Of a stretch of DNA of 64,000 nt, positions 57,079-64,000 are shown piece after piece. This stretch comes from Lysinibacillus sp. (GTDB lineage: Bacteria > Bacillota > Bacilli > Bacillales_A > Planococcaceae): positions 1,760-65,759 of the forward strand of contig JBJEFP010000114.1 of assembly GCA_051874195.1 (NCBI GenBank), given 5' to 3'. Under the pieces are notes generated by a model. That model did not search any database. It was given only the letters and a program-made list of their open reading frames with translations, and was not told where the DNA came from. Both the position numbers and the translations under genes were made by a program. Position 1 is the stretch's first letter. Each line of letters begins with the position of its first letter.

Positions 57079-58611
57079 TTATTCGTCCCCTTTCTGCGCT
57101 CGACGAGATTGCCCTGCCATTAGCAGTCCAAGCTCCTGTTCTGTCGTTTCGCGTGGATCCAATGTATCGACGATTTGTCCATCATAAATAACGGCAATCC
57201 GGTCAGACACATTCATTACTTCATCCAATTCGAACGAAATTAGCAATACGGCCTTTCCGTTATCACGCTGCTCAATCAGGCGGCGGTGAATGAATTCGAT
57301 TGCTCCTACATCAAGGCCACGAGTTGGCAATGCTGCAATGAGCAAGTCCGGGTTACGGTCCACTTCACGGCCTATAATCGCTTTCTGCTGGTTCCCCCCT
57401 GAAAGGGCGCGTGCCGGAGTTGATTCACCATGTCCTGTCCGAACATCGAATTCCTCAATGATTTGATTTGCTTTTTTCGAGATTTTCTTATAGTCAATGA
57501 CCCCGAATTTTGAAAATTCATTTGTATAATAAGTCTGCAGCGCCATATTGTGACCGATTGTGAAATCCAATACCAGCCCGTGCTTATGACGGTCCTGCGG
57601 AATATGGCCAAGGCCCGTTTCCGTAATTTCACGCGGCTTTTTGTTTGTGACATCCACACCATTCATCATGACATGTCCGCTCTTTACCTTGCGGAGACCT
57701 GTAATCGCTTCGATGAGCTCGGATTGCCCGTTTCCATCGATTCCTGCAATCCCTACGATTTCCCCTTTTCGTACGGAAAGGTTCAATCCCTTTACCTTAT
57801 CTATCCCTCGATAATCAACAACTACTAAATCGCGTACGTTTAAGACTTCCTCTGTAGGATTTGCAGCGCCTTTTTCTGTTTTGAAAGTCACTTGACGTCC
57901 GACCATTAATTCGGCAAGCTGGTCTGGATTCGTTTCCTCTGTTACTACCGTACCGATTCCTTCACCCTTACGGATAATTGTCACGCGATCGGATACTTCC
58001 ATGATTTCCTTTAATTTGTGTGTAATGAGGATGATGGATTTCCCTTCCGCAATGAGCCGCTTCATAATCTGGATTAATTCAGTAATTTCCTGTGGCGTCA
58101 GTGAAGCTGTCGGTTCATCGAAAATGAGGATTTCCGCGCCGCGATACAATGTTTTTAAAATTTCAACGCGCTGTTGCATCCCTACTGAGATATCTTCGAT
58201 TTTTGCATACGGATCCACGTCCAAGCCATATTTTTCAGACAAAGCAGCAATGTCCTTTGCCGCATCCTTGATATTAACGACACCTACTTTTGTAGGCTCG
58301 CTTCCTAGAATAATATTTTCAGTGACAGTGAAATTTTCTACCAACATAAAGTGTTGGTGGACCATTCCAATCCCTAAATCATTTGCCACATTCGGGTCCG
58401 TAATCTTCACCGATTTCCCACGTACCTTTATTTCACCAGCTTCCGGCTGGTAAAGACCGAAAAGTACGTTCATTAAAGTCGATTTACCCGCACCATTTTC
58501 CCCAAGCAGTGCATGTATTTCGCCTTTTTTAAGCTGGAGCGTGATATTATTATTTGCTACGAAACCGCCAAATTCTTTACGGATGCCGAGCATTTCGATC
58601 ACATATTCCAC
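57079..58611 (-). CDS. nupO: Nucleoside/sugar ABC transporter ATPase, duplicated NBD (NupO/YufO-like)
   Basis: [25 protein letters not shown]; GTG start at 58611 behind AAAGGAG. Confidence 0.88.
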   Translation of the reverse strand: MEYVIEMLGIRKEFGGFVANNNITLQLKKGEIHALLGENGAGKSTLMNVLFGLYQPEAGEIKVRGKSVKITDPNVANDLGIGMVHQHFMLVENFTVTENIILGSEPTKVGVVNIKDAAKDIAALSEKYGLDVDPYAKIEDISVGMQQRVEILKTLYRGAEILIFDEPTASLTPQEITELIQIMKRLIAEGKSIILITHKLKEIMEVSDRVTIIRKGEGIGTVVTEETNPDQLAELMVGRQVTFKTEKGAANPTEEVLNVRDLVVVDYRGIDKVKGLNLSVRKGEIVGIAGIDGNGQSELIEAITGLRKVKSGHVMMNGVDVTNKKPREITETGLGHIPQDRHKHGLVLDFTIGHNMALQTYYTNEFSKFGVIDYKKISKKANQIIEEFDVRTGHGESTPARALSGGNQQKAIIGREVDRNPDLLIAALPTRGLDVGAIEFIHRRLIEQRDNGKAVLLISFELDEVMNVSDRIAVIYDGQIVDTLDPRETTEQELGLLMAGQSRRAQKGDE

Positions 58612-58828
58612 TTGATTCACTCCTTTAGGCACATTTATATAAAAATATAAAAATTAATACAAGAAAGAACAGAAAAGGATATGTGCCATCATCCGGCATA
58701 TATGCCTAGGTAACCTATTGTCTCTAGCTATAAGCGACCTTCTACTCTTTCATCTATTAATTTAAACAATAATAGAACGCTTACATTTTGAATTAACGAA
58801 ATTTTAAAAACGAATCTCTTTACCTTAA

Positions 58829-58866
58829 AATCATCATAGAGATTACGCAGAATCTCTATGATGATT
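58829..58866. terminator. Perfect 16-bp hairpin after the BMP lipoprotein gene (terminator or mRNA-stabilising stem)
   Basis: aatcatcatagagatt / aatctctatgatgatt. Confidence 0.75.
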
Positions 58867-58874
58867 CAAATCAA

Positions 58875-59966
58875 TTACTTTTCTACTTCTTCTGGAACTG
58901 TAATTTCGCCAGAAACGATTTTTGCTTTATATTCTTCTACTACATCCATTACCTCTTGAGGGATTGCACCGCGGGAGTCAGCTAGGCCGACGCCATCTTC
59001 TGCTAAACCATAAGTGATTGTTTCGCCGCCTGGGAACTTGCCTGCTTTTGCACGGTCAGCAATATCGATTACCGCATTCCCTACACCTTTTAGCATAGAA
59101 GTTAGCGTTACGTTATGCTCGCCGACTTTGCCTTCCTCGTATTGGTCAGCATCCACACCGATTACCCATACGTTTGCATTTGGATCTTTTTCTTTACGCT
59201 CTTTTGCTTCTGTGAATACACCGTTACCAGTACCGCCTGCAGCATGGAAGATGATGTCCACACCTGAAGAGTACATACGGTTAGCAGCTGTTTTTCCTAA
59301 TTCCGCTTTATCGAATGCTTCTGCATAGTATACATCGATTTCGATATCAGGGTTTACTGCCTTTGCACCAGCTACATAGCCTGCATGGAAGCGCGTAATT
59401 ACAGGGATGGATTGTCCACCGACGAAGCCGATTTTTCCTGTTTCAGACATTGTCGCTGCTACGACACCCGCAAGGAACGCACCTTCCTGCTCTTTGAATA
59501 GGATTGAAGCTACATTTGGTGCATCTACTGAAGAATCAATGATTGCCAGCATTTTATCTGGTTGCTGTTTAGCAATTTCAAGAATTGCATCGTTCATTAA
59601 GTACCCTACACCGAATACTAGGTCGAAATCACGACGTAATAATGCATTCAAGTTAGTGTTGTAGTCTGCATCCGACGCGGATTGCAGGTAGTCATATCCA
59701 CCGTTGCCTTTTTCTAATCCATTGTCAGCGCCCCACTTTTGTACGCCTTCCCAAGCAGATTGGTTGAATGATTTATCATCTACACCGCCAACATCTGTTA
59801 CCATGGCAATCGATAAGTCTCCGCCAGCAGCTTCCTCTTCTTTACCATTATCACCAGTTGTATCGTTGTTTGAAGTATCCTTTTCGTCATCACTGCCGCA
59901 CGCTGCCAAGATAGCACCTGCTGCTACTACAGATGAGATTAATAGACCAAATTTACGTTTTTTCAT
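58875..59966 (-). CDS. nupN: BMP-family nucleoside-binding lipoprotein (NupN/YufN-like)
   Basis: Lipobox [36 protein letters not shown]. Confidence 0.88.
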   Translation of the reverse strand: MKKRKFGLLISSVVAAGAILAACGSDDEKDTSNNDTTGDNGKEEEAAGGDLSIAMVTDVGGVDDKSFNQSAWEGVQKWGADNGLEKGNGGYDYLQSASDADYNTNLNALLRRDFDLVFGVGYLMNDAILEIAKQQPDKMLAIIDSSVDAPNVASILFKEQEGAFLAGVVAATMSETGKIGFVGGQSIPVITRFHAGYVAGAKAVNPDIEIDVYYAEAFDKAELGKTAANRMYSSGVDIIFHAAGGTGNGVFTEAKERKEKDPNANVWVIGVDADQYEEGKVGEHNVTLTSMLKGVGNAVIDIADRAKAGKFPGGETITYGLAEDGVGLADSRGAIPQEVMDVVEEYKAKIVSGEITVPEEVEK

Positions 59967-60018
59967 TAGTGAGTCCCCCCAAAGAAAATGTTTTAATTAG
60001 CAGGAAAGATGATTTGTT

Positions 60019-60747
60019 CTACACCCGTTTTCGAACTACATGGAAACTGAATTTATCAGCTCGGAAATAGTTCTTTGAATACAGTACTACTCGGTCATTG
60101 TCATCATAGTGAAGTTGCTTCAGCACGAGCAATGCCGTTTCAGGTCCACATTTTAAGATAGGTGAGACCGTTTCATGATAGCCTATCGGATCGATATATG
60201 TTATTGCATACGCCACCCGGAGGTTGCCCGATTTTTCAAGGGCCGAGAAGATCGATAAATCTTCATTCTTCAAAAATTGCTGCGGCAGATAGCTTGACGG
60301 CACTTTATCGATGCAATAGACAACCGGTTCGCCATCTGCCGTTCTTACACGTTCAATTGTGATTATCTTGTCATCAATGTCGGTTTGGAATCGATTCAGG
60401 TCGTCTTCAGTAGGCTCGTCTTCCTTTGCACTCATGAAGATTGTTCCAGGCTCCATGCCGGCTTTTTCAATCATGGAGGAGACACTCGAAAGGTGCTCGA
60501 TGCCCGATGTAAAAACTGGCTTTGGATTTACGAACGTACCTACCCCATGACGGCGCACAATCACGTTTTCCTCTTCCAATAGCCTTAGCGCCTCACGCAG
60601 AGTCGCCCGGCTTACTCCAAGTGATTTAGATAGCTCGAACTCGGATGGGAGCTTTTCATTTTCCTGATAAACCCCTTTTTCAATATCCGACTTCAAACGG
60701 TCAATCACCTGCAAGTATAGATGACGATGATCAGTTTTAATTGTCAC
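60019..60747 (-). CDS. ymfC: GntR/HutC-family transcriptional regulator with UTRA domain
   Basis: LPSEFEL...[10 protein letters not shown]...RRHGVGTF; UTRA C-terminus; position after ftsK. Confidence 0.88.
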   Translation of the reverse strand: MTIKTDHRHLYLQVIDRLKSDIEKGVYQENEKLPSEFELSKSLGVSRATLREALRLLEEENVIVRRHGVGTFVNPKPVFTSGIEHLSSVSSMIEKAGMEPGTIFMSAKEDEPTEDDLNRFQTDIDDKIITIERVRTADGEPVVYCIDKVPSSYLPQQFLKNEDLSIFSALEKSGNLRVAYAITYIDPIGYHETVSPILKCGPETALLVLKQLHYDDNDRVVLYSKNYFRADKFSFHVVRKRV

Positions 60748-60770
60748 TTACACCACCACCAAAATTAGAG

Positions 60771-60841
60771 ATCAGACATCTGATGTACAACAATCCCTAC
60801 TAATTCGTTGATTAATATAACACTTTTATTTCATTATGCAA
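60771..60841 (-). promoter_or_regulatory. sigmaA-like promoter and downstream 14-bp palindrome (candidate GntR operator)
   Basis: TTGCAT-16 bp-TATATT (60841-60814); ATCAGACATCTGAT at 60771-60784. Confidence 0.55.
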
Positions 60842-60943
60842 ACATATTTTCAAAAAAAAATTATATGGAACATCCTACTTTTCTTCTAACCGGCCAAAAT
60901 CCGACACAATTAAATCATACTACTTTTTCTAACTATTTTGTGA

Positions 60944-63217
60944 TTATTCTATCATTGATTTAGTTACAAGGACTTGTCTTGGCCTGCTGCCATCAGGTGG
61001 ACTGACAACCCCCCTCATCTCCATTTGGTCCATGATTCGGGCCGCCCTGGCATAGCCGACGCGAAACTTCCGCTGCAGCATCGAAACGGATGCGCTTTGC
61101 ATCTCGATGACAAGCTGTACCGCCTCGTCATACAGCTCATCCTTATCATCCGATACTTCCTGCAGGGGCTCGTCCGTCGGAATCATCGCCTCCTCGTACT
61201 GCGCCTTTTGCTGCGCAATCACATAGTCGACAACAGTCTGCACTTCCGCATCAGATAAGAATGCGCCCTGTACACGTGTCGGTTTGGAAGCTCCGGCAGG
61301 AAGGAAGAGCATGTCCCCGCGACCAAGCAGCCGCTCCGCCCCACCCATATCAAGAATGGTACGGGAGTCGATAGCGCTTGATACGGCAAATGCAATCCGC
61401 GAGGGAATATTGGCTTTGATGATTCCCGTGATGACATCCACTGATGGACGCTGTGTCGCCAAAATCAAATGAATGCCAGCAGCCCGCGCCATCTGGGCCA
61501 GACGAGTGATGGCATCCTCCACTTCTCCAGGTGCCACCATCATCAAATCAGCAAGCTCATCCACGATGACGACAATGTAGGGAAGCTTCGGCTGCTTATC
61601 TTCATTTTCCTGGTTATGAAGGTCGACATGCTCATTATAGCCTTCTATATTCCTTGTGCCCGTATGGGAGAACAGGTCATAGCGGCGTTCCATTTCCGAC
61701 ACTACCTTCTGCAGGGCCTGCGCCGCCTTCCGCGGGTCCGTCACAACCGGGGCAAGAAGATGTGGAATGCCGTTATAGACATTCAATTCCACCATTTTCG
61801 GGTCAATCATCATCATCTTCACTTCATGCGGCGCCGCCCGCATCAAAAGTGACACAATAATCCCATTGATACATACGGATTTCCCACTGCCTGTCGAACC
61901 AGCGACAAGCAAGTGCGGCATTTTGTTAAGTTCGGCTAATTTGGCTTGTCCTGTAATATCACGGCCAAAGCCGATTAGAAGCTTGGCATCAGGCCGGTTA
62001 TTTTCCTTTGCCTCCAGCACTTCACGCAAGGTAACGATGGCCACTTCACTATTCGGCACTTCAATTCCAATAGCCGATTTACCCGGGATGGGCGCCTCGA
62101 TTCGGATATCCTTTGCAGCTAGTGCCAAGGCCAAATCATCCTGCAGTCCGACAATCTTACTCACTTTCACTCCTACATCAGGAAGGATTTCATATTTTGT
62201 GACGGCAGGGCCAAGGTGCACCTGCATCACCCGCGCCTTGACGCCAAAGCTATGGAATGTCTGTTCAAGCTTCTTGGCATTTGCCTGGATGACGCTGTAT
62301 TCCCCACTTTGGTCATGCTCGGGGGGAGAATTTAAAATATGCAATGGAGGCAGCGTATAAAGGGTATTTTCAGTACTGCTTTCCATCGCAACAACCATAT
62401 CCCCTGTCATTTCCTCATCGACCTGCGGCTTGCTCTCCTTCTCGCTACGCGGTGCGACATTTTCCGTAAAGGCGGAAATAACAGGTTCATAATGTTCCGC
62501 CCTTTCTTCCTCTACCGTCGCGGCCGTCTCCTCCGGTTCTCGCCGGGCTCTTGCTCTTGTTTGTTTGGGGCGTGCGGTGGGTTTTTTCCCTTTACGCCGC
62601 TTCAGCTTGAACTGCATGCTTGGGCCCTTTTCGATTAATAAGGGGACGAGCGCCTTGCCGGAAATCAGGATGGCCCCGATCAGCAAGAGGACGAGCGCAG
62701 CGATTTTAGCACCTGTTGCATCAAATAGAACATGGAACATACTGAACAGAAGCGCACCGACCATCCCCCCTCCCAATGAGCTTCCTCGATTCGCAATCCC
62801 TTCCGACTCGATCAGCATGCGCCATGTTTCACGGAGTACAGAATCGGTCAACAAGAGATTCGCCGTATGCATCTGTTCAAAAAGAATGGAATGGCTGAAC
62901 ACCGTGAAGCTCGCCACTATGCACAGCAGGCCGATCACCATACGGTTCGTCAGCCGGACACCGCGCCTTCTCACCATCAGCATGCCTGCAACAAAGACAC
63001 AAAGAAATGGTACAAAGAAATGCAAATTCCCAAGGAAGAACATGGAGATTGTCTGTACAGTCCTGCCTACGACGCCCATCTCGAAAAACGAAATCATGGC
63101 GAATGCAATCAGCAGGATGCCGATGATTTCATATGCCAGCGGATGCAGCTCCTTGCTCCCTTTGTTCTTTGCCTTCGTTTGTCCTTTTTCTCTCTTTTTA
63201 TTCTTCTTCTCAGCCAC
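60944..63217 (-). CDS. spoIIIE: DNA translocase FtsK/SpoIIIE
   Basis: N-terminal TM domain, [33 protein letters not shown], gamma domain ([19 protein letters not shown]). Confidence 0.96.
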   Translation of the reverse strand: MAEKKNKKREKGQTKAKNKGSKELHPLAYEIIGILLIAFAMISFFEMGVVGRTVQTISMFFLGNLHFFVPFLCVFVAGMLMVRRRGVRLTNRMVIGLLCIVASFTVFSHSILFEQMHTANLLLTDSVLRETWRMLIESEGIANRGSSLGGGMVGALLFSMFHVLFDATGAKIAALVLLLIGAILISGKALVPLLIEKGPSMQFKLKRRKGKKPTARPKQTRARARREPEETAATVEEERAEHYEPVISAFTENVAPRSEKESKPQVDEEMTGDMVVAMESSTENTLYTLPPLHILNSPPEHDQSGEYSVIQANAKKLEQTFHSFGVKARVMQVHLGPAVTKYEILPDVGVKVSKIVGLQDDLALALAAKDIRIEAPIPGKSAIGIEVPNSEVAIVTLREVLEAKENNRPDAKLLIGFGRDITGQAKLAELNKMPHLLVAGSTGSGKSVCINGIIVSLLMRAAPHEVKMMMIDPKMVELNVYNGIPHLLAPVVTDPRKAAQALQKVVSEMERRYDLFSHTGTRNIEGYNEHVDLHNQENEDKQPKLPYIVVIVDELADLMMVAPGEVEDAITRLAQMARAAGIHLILATQRPSVDVITGIIKANIPSRIAFAVSSAIDSRTILDMGGAERLLGRGDMLFLPAGASKPTRVQGAFLSDAEVQTVVDYVIAQQKAQYEEAMIPTDEPLQEVSDDKDELYDEAVQLVIEMQSASVSMLQRKFRVGYARAARIMDQMEMRGVVSPPDGSRPRQVLVTKSMIE

Positions 63218-63694
63218 TCAAAACACCTGCTTTCTTTTGGTAAGGGACGTATATTTTCCTAATGAAATTTAATATCCCACTCATCATCCGAAATAAAGGA
63301 TGATAAATTCCACTTAATAAAGTTATGGAACAGAAGAGATGTATGTAAAACATCCATCCTTTCGGCAATCCCTTGAAACAATCGGTCGGAGCCGTGCCCC
63401 AGGAAAGTGTGAGCCACAATGAAAGCTTCCGTCTCATTACAGTGAAAAACTATCTCTCCACTAAAATCCAATAACTTCCTCACACCTCTTTCCGGTAACG
63501 CGAGGTGAAATTCAAGCCATTTCTTGTCGATGCCTTCCATCAATCCAGCTTCAATTCATCCCGCAGGAGCCGCCGCTCTCCATTCATATCGTTTTTGCCT
63601 CATTCAAAAATCAATCCCAGGCAGTGGCGGGGTGCCAAACCAATTAAAAAAGGACCTTCTTTCAGCTACGCGAGCGAAAGAAAATCCTTTAGTC

Positions 63695-64000
63695 CTAATA
63701 TTCCATGATAATTGGGATGATCATTGGGCGGCGTTTCGTTTTTTGGAATAAGTAAGTATTTAACTCGTCACGTATTTCTTGTTTAATATTTGTCCATTCA
63801 AACGTGTCTTTATTTACATACTTTTCAATAACGGTACGCGCGATGTCCGCTGCCTCAACCATAAGCTCTTCCGATTCACGCACATAAACGAATCCGCGGG
63901 ATAAAATTTCAGGACCAGATGCAATTTTCTTCTGTGCACGATTCAACGTGACCACCACAATGAAGATGCCGTCCTGCGATAGAAGCTTCCGGTCGCGGAG
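63695..64000 (-). CDS. rnjB: Ribonuclease J, 3' part only (truncated by the window edge)
   Basis: [11 protein letters not shown]...[16 protein letters not shown]...TKRRPMIIP; position upstream of spoIIIE matches rnjB. Confidence 0.88.
   Translation of the reverse strand, partial: LRDRKLLSQDGIFIVVVTLNRAQKKIASGPEILSRGFVYVRESEELMVEAADIARTVIEKYVNKDTFEWTNIKQEIRDELNTYLFQKTKRRPMIIPIIMEY

Noticed and set aside
63259-63543. 94-aa ORF annotated as a CDS
   Set aside because: Weak RBS, atypical composition and no similarity to TepA or YlzJ, so it is not supportable as a gene.

Overview
Chromosomal segment of a spore-forming Bacillales bacterium. Gene content and order resemble Planococcaceae/Caryophanaceae (Lysinibacillus/Sporosarcina-like); the taxonomy is an inference. 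Almost all genes are on the minus strand. The backbone, read in transcription order, is the conserved Firmicutes block rnjB(partial)-ftsK/spoIIIE-ymfC(GntR)-nupNOPQ-like nucleoside ABC transporter-ymfF-ymfH-ymfI-ymfJ-ymfK-rodZ-pgsA-cinA-recA-rny ... ymdB ... spoVS-korAB ... miaB-ricA ... cotE-mutS-mutL-hydrolase-miaA-hfq ... ynbB-tlpA. Four accessory blocks interrupt it. (1) A GtrA/GtrB/YfhO glycosylation module plus an SLH-only protein between rny and ymdB. (2) A ~15.5 kb cell-wall polysaccharide/SLH island between ymdB and spoVS, with WecC, TagGH-like ABC exporter, several glycosyltransferases, a coiled-coil protein and a DUF6270 protein fused to a degenerate D-glucuronyl C5-epimerase-like domain. 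(3) A NERD nuclease gene whose 3' end runs into a five-copy, exactly 21-bp-periodic repeat array, followed by an orphan gene, between korB and miaB. (4) A DUF3885 gene and a PAS-GAF-degenerate GGDEF-EAL phosphodiesterase between ricA and cotE. No rRNA, tRNA, canonical CRISPR array, integrase or transposase gene is visible. The best candidates for undescribed biology are the NERD/21-bp array cassette, the epimerase-like protein in a ManNAcA locus, and a structured non-coding leader at the left edge.
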